Part shown: positions 1-10,414 of the stretch, one piece after another
Layout: every line of letters begins with the position of its first letter
Position numbering within the stretch: position 1 is the first letter of the stretch
Assembly (NCBI GenBank): GCA_051294375.1
Contig: JBJCIZ010000744.1
Span: 2,157,541 to 2,190,545, forward strand
DNA from: Paraspadella gotoi
Taxonomy: Eukaryota; Animalia; Chaetognatha
Direction: 5' to 3'
DNA: 33,005 nt
Made by a program: the position numbers and the translations under genes
Notes under the pieces: generated by a model
Seen by the model: only the letters and a program-made list of their open reading frames with translations
Database searches by the model: none
Told to the model about the DNA's origin: nothing

Positions 1-95
1 GATCTTGCGTGCGAATTTTTCTTTTCTATCTTTTTTATCTCGTTTTCTCTCTTTCTCTCTCGTTCTATATCCATTTTCAGCGAATCTGTTAGTAC

Positions 96-98
<3 letters not shown>

Positions 99-128
<30 letters not shown>
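99..128. repeat. (TTA)n microsatellite running into an assembly gap (N 129-291)
   Basis: About 10 perfect tta/tat units directly visible. Confidence 0.95.
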
Positions 129-726
129 NNNNNNNNNNNNNNNNNNNNNNNNNNNNNNNNNNNNNNNNNNNNNNNNNNNNNNNNNNNNNNNNNNNNNNNN
201 NNNNNNNNNNNNNNNNNNNNNNNNNNNNNNNNNNNNNNNNNNNNNNNNNNNNNNNNNNNNNNNNNNNNNNNNNNNNNNNNNNNNNNNNNNNCGTCATCCA
301 ATTTCTTTTTTGTTTCTTGTTTGTCAGCTTCGTTGTCATCTTAGTTTTTTCTTTCTCAAACTTTGTTATGTTTTTGTCGTCCTCTTTGTCATTAATTCTC
401 GTTGCCCTCTTTAACGACAATGATAATAATCTAAATTGTCATGATAGTCATTGTCGTCTTCTTGGTCATGACGATCCCCTTTGATCTCTCAACCCTTACC
501 TCCCCCCTTCCTCCATCCACCCGCCCCCCTCCGCGTCGAATCTCGGTCAGTGGGGCGATTCATGAACCGGACAATTTGCGAGGCCGACCTCGTCCCGTCT
601 TTTCCGGCGAACCAAGTGGTTCCTTTTTCCGCGAAAATGTTCGTTTCCGTTTTGAATCTGGGTTGGATGCGAGTGGAGTTTCTTCTTTTCCGGAAATTGA
701 GCAGACTTTTTTCCGGCGAAGGAGCG

Positions 727-728
<2 letters not shown>

Positions 729-769
<41 letters not shown>

Positions 770-791
770 AGAGAGAGGAGAGAGAGTGAGA
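729..791. repeat. (GA)n microsatellite
   Basis: Direct dinucleotide run with a few interruptions. Confidence 0.95.
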
Positions 792-879
792 GCGCGCTGC
801 GGAGAAAGATGCGCCCATTTTTTCAAATATGTGGCGAATCCTAAATTTGCCTCCCGTATAGCTTGATGAAAATCAGCTC

Positions 880-946
880 GTCCCATTGGCTTTAACAGCT
901 AAGTACTCATTCACACCGTGAGTTTCTGGTTCAATTCCCCTCACGC
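880..946 (+). other. possible degenerate tRNA-derived (SINE head-like) Pol III A/B box pair
   Basis: TGGCTTTAACAG (887-898, A-box-like) and GGTTCAATTCC (928-938, B-box-like) at tRNA-like spacing; no good cloverleaf. Confidence 0.25.
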
Positions 947-1920
947 TCACGCTACCGTCGTCATAAACACGCCAGTAACATTGGTGTGGTCACTGCAGGT
1001 CCACATCCTTGAACGCCAGCCGTCTGGAGATGCTTCACATCCAGGCATCACACATGTCCACCGTTGCCATAATATGAAAATTCTTCACTTAAGTTTAGTT
1101 TTACGCTTTATACAAGTTTCGTATGAGATCAGCAGCTTTTCAGAATCTTTGTCCATTTAACTGGGAACCAGAACCGCGCACTTCAATGCTGTCGTCGCGC
1201 ATTGACTAAGTTCACCCCATTGAGTAAAGCCATCAGCCCATGACCACTGGTACCGGGTTCAATCCCAACCTATACCTATCCTGCGGGAAGTTAGGGGCCT
1301 TAAACCTCCTTGAGGGGCGTAGAAGTTACGAATAGTGGTCTTCAGCCCACTTAGCCCTATCCACAATGCTCCCTGTCACATAATTTCTCACCCTACATCA
1401 ACGTGTGAACGACATTAATGGCTAACTTACTCCTCTCGAGCTTTTCTCTTTTTCTTTTTCTTTGCTATCCATTTCAAACTCACTCTTTCTGCCTCAACCC
1501 AACTTTTATCTCGGCCTGATCTTTTATGTCTGTCTGTATATCTGATTATATAAAAAAAAAAATAAGCTTGAAATTAAAAAGATTATAAAGAAGAAGAAAG
1601 TTAATTGTGTCAAACATAAATAGTGTAAGAAGAAAAAAATTTAAAAAGGAAATTAAATTTATTTTGTAAAAATGGAAAGCGTCTCCTTCACGCCCCCTAT
1701 CCCCCATCCCTACCAATTCCCACCCTACCCGTAACCCCCCCTATCCCCTACCCTAACCCCACTCATTTCTCCCCCTCAAAAAAAAAGAAGTCCTTTATGT
1801 CTCCTCCATTTGGTCCGATTTTTTGATCTCGAATCGAAATAATCGAGAAAAATTAAAGCGGAACGAGTTTTTATCGCGAAGAATAAAATGATAAAACGAA
1901 ATAAAAGCGAAATAAAGCGA

Positions 1921-1924
<4 letters not shown>

Positions 1925-1988
<64 letters not shown>
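1925..1988. repeat. (GA)n microsatellite
   Basis: About 32 perfect GA units. Confidence 0.97.
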
Positions 1989-1992
<4 letters not shown>

Positions 1993-2599
1993 CCGTCTCT
2001 CAACGACTGACGAGACGAATCAATTTCGGTTCGTGAGACTCGGGTTCATTTTAGGCTCCATTTTAGCGACGAAATAACATTATTTGTTGATGTTCTGGCA
2101 CTCGAGAAAAACAAAAGACATAGAAATATAAAACAAAACACAGAAGAAACAAAAAGTTAGAAGATTTAAAAACGAAAGAAAATTTGTTAGCAGAAAAAAA
2201 ACAACAATTTTAAATTTTCGGTTTAATGGTTTTATTCATGGACGGCCATGGGTCGCAATGTTACAAATAATCACTAACAGCAAGTATGTCACTACATATT
2301 GTCACACTAAGTTACATAATCAATTAGCAAGTAACAGCAAGTACAATGTATCTCCTACTTTTTATCGTCCACTAAAAATTCATTCTTTTCCCGTAAACGT
2401 AAACCTACAAAACGGGAACTTGAAGTGCACTATTTATAATATCAAATTAAATGTAACAATAAATGTTAAACGTTTTGCAAAAATGACTGAAGTAGACAAA
2501 AATAAACAAACAAAAGACTCACGTTTTTTTGTGAGTTTTTCACCCCAACCCATCGTTCCCACCATCACCATCCACCCTCTATTCTCCACCTCCACCCAC

Positions 2600-2795
2600 T
2601 CGACGCCGAAATTTAAATTCCGGCGCCAAAAGAAATTCGCGACGCCGCCTCGCTCCGGCGTCTTTGTCCCGCGGCGCCGGCGTCAATCGTCTGCTCGATC
2701 GGCGCCGACGTAATCAACGGAAATGGACGGCGCCGTCGGTGGAATCTCGATCGACTTTGGCGCCGGGGGGAAAGTGGCGCCGGAAGTGACGTGGG
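2600..2795. promoter_or_regulatory. CpG-rich patch with six GGCGCC palindromes and an overlapping ETS/CRE-like site CCGGAAGTGACGT
   Basis: GGCGCC at 2622, 2673, 2701, 2729, 2759 and 2776; CCGGAAGTGACGT at 2780-2792. Function is inferred from motif identity only. Confidence 0.35.
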
Positions 2796-2879
2796 CTATT
2801 ACGGGACGACAAAGACATTTGCTTCTCGAGAGGCGTCTTCTTTTTTAGTCGTTGTATTTGTGTGTAGTAATTATGTCGA

Positions 2880-2998
2880 CTCCATCTTGGATTGACGCCA
2901 TCTTGGATTGACGCCATATTGAAGCAACGCCATCTTGAACCGAGGTCATTTTAAATCAGCGCCATCTATCATCGACGCCAAAGTCACGCCATATTGAA
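2880..2998. promoter_or_regulatory. 16-bp-period degenerate tandem array of YY1/Pleiohomeotic-type motifs (CGCCATnTT)
   Basis: CCAT-like cores at 2882, 2898, 2914, 2930, 2946, 2962 and 2978 (exact 16-bp phase), plus 2989; full CGCCATCTT or CGCCATATT in four of them. Confidence 0.5.
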
Positions 2999-3196
2999 TC
3001 GTTGGCCGTAAGATGGACAAATCGACTCTGCCATTGTGAAATTTAAGATCATCATTCCAACTAAATCCTTAATTGCAACAATAGCAGAACTTTATTTATA
3101 CAATGAGACTACGTTGTTAGAAAACGACGTCGATGATGACGATGGAGATGACGATGACGAAAACAACCGCTTGATTTAGAAGGTGAATGCAGAAGA

Positions 3197-3266
<70 letters not shown>

Positions 3267-3281
3267 GAGACAGAGACAGAG
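3197..3281. repeat. (GA)n microsatellite
   Basis: Direct run, ending in gagaca variants. Confidence 0.97.
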
Positions 3282-3644
3282 ATTTGACGGATCTGGCTTT
3301 CTGAATAAAAAAGATTTTCGAGATGGATAATTCATCATCATTCTTCAATCAACCAAGATCGAGTTTTTTTTTTCTTTCCCTTTTTCCGCAACCTTGTTCC
3401 CCCCTTTTCTTTTTTTCGTTTCACTCTCCCTCCCCTCTCTCTCACCTCTCGGTGTCTCTGTCTCACTCTTTCCCGGTTCCAAATGAAGCGTCGTCGTCGT
3501 CGTCGTCGCGATGAGGACGATGAAGCGAAGGAAGGAAATGAAAAACAACCAAACGAGGAGGAAGAGGGGAGGAGGAGGAGGAGGAGAAGAAGAGGGGAGA
3601 GGAGAAATAGGGGGAAGAAGCGGTAGTGAGGGGAGAAGGACGGG

Positions 3645-4075
3645 AAAGGAAAGATTAGAAGGAAAGGGAGAGAGATGGATTAGGAGAAATTGGAAGGGAG
3701 ACATTAAGATTAGAAGGAAAGGGATAGAGATGGATTAGAGAAATCGGAGGAGACATTAAGATTATAAGGAAAGGGATAGAAGATGGATTAGAGAAATCGG
3801 AGGGAGACATTAAGATTAGGAAGAAAGGGATAGAGATGGATTAGAGAAATCGGGGGAGACATTAAGATTAGAAGGAAAGGGATAGAATGGATTAGAGAAT
3901 TGGAAGGGAGACTTAAGAATTAAAGGAGGGAAGAGATATGGATTAGAGAAATCGAGGGAGACATTAAGATTAGAAGGAAAGGAAGAGATGGATTAGAGAA
4001 ATCGGAGGGAGACATTAAGATTGGGAAAGAAAGGAAGAAGATGGATTAGAGAAATCGGAGGGAGACATTAGAATT
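3645..4075. repeat. ~53-bp purine-rich minisatellite, ~8 copies
   Basis: Unit gaaggaaagggatagagatggattagagaaatcggagggagacattaagatta; an acattaag-like anchor recurs 8 times. Confidence 0.93.
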
Positions 4076-4236
4076 TTAAGGAAATGAAAAGACGGAATCA
4101 TTCAACTCAGGAAACGTAAATGAAAAATGAAAAGAGACAAAACTTTCTGTGACTTTTGATGAATAAAGAAAATATAGAGGAAAAAATAAAGGAAAAAACG
4201 ATGACAAAAAAAAAGAAAAAACCGTCGAAATTAAGG

Positions 4237-4243
4237 AAGAGAG

Positions 4244-4308
<65 letters not shown>

Positions 4309-4396
4309 TGGAGCAAAGGAGGAATTCGGGGTAAAGAAAGGGAAAAAGAAGGAGAGAAAGAAGCCGAGAAAGAAGAGAGTGGAGGGAGAGAGAGAG

Positions 4397-4448
<52 letters not shown>

Positions 4449-4454
4449 AGAGAG

Positions 4455-4503
<49 letters not shown>

Positions 4504-4660
4504 GAAGCGAGAAAAACAGCAAAGAGACGGTTTATCGGAGACAGAAGGAAAACGAAAATGACGAATCTGTTTACTCGTTTTTCCTTTTTTCCTTTTTCCT
4601 TTTTCCTTTTTCCTTTTTCTTTTTTCCTTTTTTCCTTTTTCCTTTTTCTTTTCTTTTCTG
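4237..4660. repeat. (GA)n tracts followed by a (TTTTCC)n-like tract
   Basis: Direct; repeated at ~15728-16135 in copy B. Confidence 0.9.
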
Positions 4661-5122
4661 TCTGACTTTATTCCCTCTTTTACGTCTTACCTAAATTATT
4701 GTTAAAATCTTGCAAAAATTGTTATTATTTTCTATTTTACATTTGTTTGTATTTTATTCCTCCTCTGTTTAAAACTGCGTTTAAACTAAAATAGTGTAAC
4801 AAAATGAGATTCTGTTCATCAATCACATTAACATATAGTAAAAAGTATGCATATCAAAATAATAGCAGCAAAGAACTGAGGCTCAGTCAAACGAGAATCC
4901 AAATCTTAACCTGAGCTAATCCAAATCTTTAAGAGCTAATCAAATTCGTCTCTTATTGATTTTAATTTAATTTCTTCAAGACATTTTTTATTCTATTTCG
5001 TTCTTTAAATTATTTTCTAGTTATCAACATCCTTTTTTTTCTAACTCAAAGTTTGTCTTTCTCTTTTCTTCCATTTCTTTTCCTATCTATTCCCCTTTTT
5101 TCCTCCCCTTGTTTACTCCCGC

Positions 5123-5175
<53 letters not shown>

Positions 5176-5248
5176 CTCTCCCCCCGAGGAAAGATTGAAA
5201 ATCTATAAACGGTGAGGAGAAAAAAAAAACTTAAATTCGCTCGGAATA

Positions 5249-5548
5249 TCCGTTTTAAGAAAATGTTGGGAAAAATGCAGTTGGTATAAGAGGTTTTTTG
5301 GGACAGGTGTTACGGTTTTAAGAGGATGTTGGGAAAAGGCAGTTTTGGTATTAAGAGGTTTTGGGAAGTTGTCGGTTTAAGAGGTTTTGGGGAAAGGCGT
5401 GTTCGCGTTTAAAGATGTGGGGAAAGAGGCAGTTGCGTATTAAGAGTTTTGGGGAAAGAGTGTTTCGGTTTTAAGAGATTTGCGAAGGAGAGTCCGGTTT
5501 TAAGATGTTGGAAGGTGATGTTCGGTTATAAGAGATGATTGAGGAGAC
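5249..5548. repeat. ~62-bp minisatellite (two related ~31-bp subunits), ~4-5 copies
   Basis: Unit approx. gttcggttttaagagatgttggggaaagaggcagtttggtattaagaggttttggggaaagggt. Confidence 0.85.
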
Positions 5549-6219
5549 GAAAGTAAAAGATATATATTGAGAAAGATGCACTAATAGTTTTGAGATATTT
5601 CCTGCCAGGAAGCCTGTTACATTTTTATATTGTTTTGTACCAATTTCATTAGTTTTTTAGAAAAATTAAAGCTCGGATCAGATTCGGTTTGAAAATGATT
5701 TTTAAAGTTTTACACTTGAAATAGAGTCCCGCACTGGGTTAGAGATTGAGTTTGTTAGCTCGGGTGAGTCCAATTCTAAAGGCTGCATGTCAACGAGGAG
5801 ACTGATTTTAAAGAGTCCGGTTGGGGAAGGAGAATTGCGAAGAGGGATAGGGAAGGATAGGATTGGAGGTAAAGATAGCAAAGGGAATAAGACATGTCCA
5901 AAAAAAAGTGGACTTGGAACAGACGTTCGGTTCAGTTCTGATTTTAGATGACCCTCTTCCTTTGTTCCTTTCTTTCTCATGTCTGCTCCTTAACTAAACC
6001 TCGTATTTGCTTGGTTGACGACTCCTTCCGTTTACAGCTAATAGCATAGTAACACCTTGCAAGCTTTCAATTCGCTCAAATGTAATTACGAATTTGTCGA
6101 GTGTAAAATTATGTATAATATTTTTTGTAAAGTTTAAGTCAAAACAAAAAGAAAAAAACAAAAAAAAAAATTCCCACGAAGGATTATTTTTTTTTTTCAA
6201 TGCTCCGTTATGGTCTTTT

Positions 6220-6395
6220 TCGTCGTCGTCGTCGTCGTCGCCCGTCGTCGTCGTCGTCATCGCCTACGCTTTAAGCGAGCATCCGGGAGACACTTTTTCC
6301 CTCTCTCTCCCCGGCGAGCATTAAGGGATATGAAATGCGCCAAAAAATGCGAACGACACGACACGACCGAACACGACGCGACGACGACGACGAAG
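6220..6395. repeat. (GTC)n-core-(GAC)n fold-back module
   Basis: Inverted trinucleotide tracts around a core with ccgggaga...tctccccgg; same layout at ~18123-18300. Confidence 0.75.
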
Positions 6396-6600
6396 CACAG
6401 ACACAAAAGCGAAGTGACGGGAAAGAATTTTCGGTTTATATGGGGTCGACGCGAGAACGCTCCGGGAGCGGGTGAGAGAGAGGAGAGAGAGAGTAGAGAG
6501 AATAGAGAGACGAGAAGAGAGAGAGAAGAGCGGGGGTACTAAAATAGAGTGAGTTTTCTCTCCTCTCGGCGCCGAGAGATGAGACGACGAGAGAGAGAAG

Positions 6601-6631
<31 letters not shown>

Positions 6632-7407
6632 TAATGCAGAGGGGAAAGAGAAGAGAGAGAGAGTCTCGGCCCGTGGCTCCAATCTCCGGCGCGCGACCTT
6701 GATCCGACTTCCGCAGAGCATGAGGGAAAAACGCCGGATATGTCGCCGGACAAGGTCGATTCGAGGTGGTCAGGCGTGGTTAGGGGGTGGGTGGTTTTGG
6801 TTAGTAGGTGTGGTTAGGGGCCGCTGGTGTTGATGGAGGATGGTTAGTGGCTATTAGGGAGGCGCGGCGAAAGGAAAGTTAGATTCCGGCGAGTTAGATT
6901 CGAAAAAGGAGAGAGAGAAGACCGAAACTTGAAAAAAAAAGGCGAAAGAATTTGAAAAATAAAGAAACAAAAAGTAGGTTTTAAACTGTTTAATCTATTT
7001 ATATTTTATATAGATATATTCTAATCGGGGTAATTTAGTTCATGGACAACATGAATAAGATAAAATTAAACGAAAGACTTAGATTAATAGTAAGATATAC
7101 GCGGGATTTTAAATTTTAATTAAAAATATTTTGAATATTTTTATATATTTGTTTTATATTTTTAACGGTAACGGCGATTAATGTGCATTATTTTAGGATG
7201 TGCCGGGTAGAGTGAGGACCGTGGGTAACACTGGGGTGTTGGTTACGGTTTTGGTTGATGAGTCGATGGGGTTTCGTGGCCGGGTCTTGTGTCTTGTGTC
7301 TTTGGTTTCTGTCTCCGAAGGAAAGGTTTTGGGAAATGTCTCTCGAGTTTAGAAACAAATGCGTCCGCAGCGTTTTAAAACTCGATAAAAATTGGATTTT
7401 GTCTTCG

Positions 7408-7540
7408 AGGAAAAGGAAAAGGAAAGAAAGAAAGAAAGAAAAGAAAAGAAAGGCAAAGAAAAGAAAGAAAAGATAGAGAAAGAAAGAAAAGAAAGAAAGA
7501 GAGAAAGAAAGAAAGAAAAGAAGAAAGAAGAAAGAAGGGG
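7408..7540. repeat. (GAAA)n-type microsatellite
   Basis: Direct; longer equivalent at ~19295-19490. Confidence 0.92.
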
Positions 7541-7677
7541 AGAGACAAAAACCGGGGACGGACATGAGAATAATGAATTAGAACAATTTTAAATGGTTTT
7601 TTATAATTCCATTAAATAGAAGGAATTTACTTAGATTAATACATTACATACTATGATAATGAAACTTCTTTGGAAGG

Positions 7678-8105
7678 GGACGACAATCGATGATGACAAC
7701 GGCTGTCAACCAGAACGTTCCAAAAACATACTACGACATATGCGACGATGACAGGAAATAGACGAAGACGACATCATGACAAAAGAAGACTCTGACGACG
7801 ACGACGACCGATCACGATGAAAGATTGACAACGATGATTGACGACCGACGACGACGACGATCAAATGATGAATGACGACGATGACACTCGACAGCGATGA
7901 ACAATGAACGAGCAAACAAGAGAGTGACGACAACAACGGACACAAACGCCCATTGAATCTACCAAACGTATGAATGATGACAACACGGATCAACTACGAC
8001 GACGACAAAGATGACAAGTAAATGACGACGGACCCAACGAGCTCAAACTAGGGAAGATGACGACGACGACGACCGACGACGAAGGAACGACCGACGAACG
8101 ACACA
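7678..8105. repeat. degenerate (GAC/GAT/AAC)n low-complexity tract
   Basis: Direct; equivalent at ~19595-19947. Confidence 0.85.
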
Positions 8106-8349
8106 GCTCTCGCTTCGACGCCAGAAAAAAAAAAATTTGCCGAATTCAGGACAAGGAATTAATCGAGGGAAAAGCCGAAAATCCAGGGGCGGCGGTTTAG
8201 GGGTACGGCGGTGGAATAGGGGAAGGGGGGGGGGGTGTGGTAATCGTAGGGGTGTAGGACGGTAAGTGTGGAGGGAAGGAAAGGGAAGAGTGTTGGCGGC
8301 GAATGTGGGAAAGTGTGGATGCCTGAGATGTGGGGAGAAAGAAATGTGT

Positions 8350-8492
8350 GGTTAGAAGAGGCGACTAAGAAGAGGATGGTCGAGAAGAAGGGGGGCGATT
8401 CAAAAGAGGATGGGGTCTAGAGGAGGGCGACTAAGAGCAGGATGGGTCTAAAGAGGAACTAAAAGAGATGGTCTAGAGGAGCGATCTAAGAA
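8350..8492. repeat. ~32-bp minisatellite, ~5 copies
   Basis: Unit tctagaggagggcgactaagaagaggatgggg; cleaner at ~20168-20306. Confidence 0.82.
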
Positions 8493-8562
8493 ATCACGAT
8501 GATTCGGTATTTAGAGAGGATTATTAGTTGTAAAAGTTGAAATGAAGGAATCATGAATCTTA

Positions 8563-8950
8563 GAATTGAGTTTGTTAACAACGTGTTGTAAATGACTGGT
8601 TTACCACCTGGTGTTTGGGGAGTTGTTACCAAACACTGTGGGAATTAGGTGTACCAAGCTGTGTGATTGAAGTGTGTTACCAACGCTGTTGGTGAAATTG
8701 AGGTGTTACCAAACACTGTTGGTGAATTCGACGTGTTAAAACACTGGTGGTGAAGATTGAGTGTTACCAACGCTTTGATGAATTGAGTGTATTTACCAAC
8801 ACTGTTGGTGAATGAGTGGTACCAAGCACTGTGGGATTGAGTGTTTACCAACACTGGGCGTGAATTGGTGTGTTACCAGACACTGTGGTGAATGAGTGTT
8901 TACCCAACACTGTTGTGAATTTGATTGAGTGTTTACCAACACTGTTGGTG
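8563..8950. repeat. 29-bp palindromic minisatellite, ~13 copies
   Basis: Unit gaattgagtgtgttaccaacactgttggt, head-to-tail with no spacers. Confidence 0.92.
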
Positions 8951-9864
8951 GTGGGGAGATGAATTGAAAGTTAAAGTCGAAGCTGAGAATTTTAAAACAA
9001 ATAAAACTTGATAGTCTTGATTTAAAAAGGTTGCAGCATGCGGACTAGGAAATTGGTTTCCAACCAATAATAAAAATTCTTGCCCTCACTTTGAAAGTTG
9101 AAGGCCTCTTACAGCATGTTCCTGCCAAGCTTATTTCAAATTCATAAAAGACACCCCCGGTTATTAGCATTGTTAGAGGTTCAAATGCCTTATTAGTAAT
9201 TACCTTACATACCATGAATATAAAATAATAAAGTTTATGCGGCGAGAGAAAGATGTTGGATCCGAAAGAGAGAAGAAGTCGATCATATTTATTCTCCTTC
9301 CCGAGAATTTGCGTCTTCGTCGTCTGTCGTCTTTCGTAGTTGTCATCTCTCTTTCTTGGCCCAGTTGTCGTTTGGAGTTTTTACGTTTTCGTTTTTGTCG
9401 TCATCGTGTCTCTAGTTCTATTTGTCTCTTCTCATTACGTAGTCTCTTTCTTCGTCAATGTTGCGTCATTCAAAGTTTCACATTGTCGTTCGGTACTTGA
9501 TTGTAATTTTTTATCTTCTCCTTGACGTCATTGTTGAGTTTTCATATTTTTAGGTTTTTCAGACTTTAAAATTTACGATTTCTGTGATCGAAATTGATGG
9601 GAAAGATTCACGATTAGAGCCTCACTTCACTTTCACGATATCAATCGGGATTATAATTTTCATTCTAATTCCGTCAATTAAAAACCACTTTCGCTCTTGT
9701 TAGCTAATTGAAGTGTATTTCGTTTAACTATTAGCAAAATACATCACACGTTTATCATTAATAAATATTATTAATCTTCCATTATGAAACTAAAACATAA
9801 TGAATCGATTTATTACGGCGACGACTCTGCGATGAGAAAAACGAAGATTTTCACTGAATGAGCA

Positions 9865-9890
9865 TCTCGCTCTCTCTCTCTTCTCTCTTC

Positions 9891-9922
<32 letters not shown>

Positions 9923-10021
9923 CTTCTCACCTCTTACAAACTGTGACTCTGTCTCCAAAAATCGCATCCTCCATTCCTCCGGCGACACCCATATAACGCA
10001 CCCGTCTCCACCCACGCACGT

Positions 10022-10056
<35 letters not shown>

Positions 10057-10222
10057 AACCTCTCACAAACACGTGTCCCTGTCCCCCTTGGAACGAGAAG
10101 AGAGAGCAAGAGAAACGCGGTTGGGGGAATTAGAATGGGCCGAGCGGAGGAGAAGAGAGAGAGGAGAGATGAAGGATGGGAGAGAGAGAGAGAGAAGAGA
10201 GAGGAGAAGAGAGAGAATAGAG
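9865..10222 (+). other. (CT)n-core-(GA)n cassette, orientation 1
   Basis: Core ~9921-10143 is the reverse complement of ~21819-22052, while the flanks are collinear. Confidence 0.85.
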
Positions 10223-10414
10223 AGTCTAACGTTGATTAATCGAACTAAAAAGTATCATACGCGCCATCTTTCAAGTTCCTCCTCTTTCTCGATGTGCTCA
10301 AACCTGATCTTTCCTCTTTTCCTCCTGTTCTCCTCCCTATTCGATTTCACCCGGTCCTCTTCTCTTTCCTCGATTTCTCTGGCCTTCCTTATGTTTCTTT
10401 CCCCTCCGCCGGGA

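Noticed and set aside
880-946. Functional tRNA gene
   Set aside because: Acceptor and T stems do not pair adequately; kept only as a low-confidence SINE-like remnant.
1690-1776. Telomeric or interstitial telomere repeats (also the G-rich 6775-6860)
   Set aside because: Only isolated ccctaa/ttagg motifs in C- or G-run sequence, with no tandem (TTAGG)n or (TTAGGG)n.
2258-2713. 151-aa ORF of moderate complexity
   Set aside because: No recognisable motif; it runs from AT-rich DNA into a GC-rich motif patch without coding-like consistency. BLASTP or RNA-seq evidence would be needed to reinstate it.
8563-8950. Palindromic 29-bp repeats as a CRISPR array
   Set aside because: Units are head-to-tail with no unique spacers, there are no cas genes, and the context is eukaryotic. 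The same applies to the 70-bp array.
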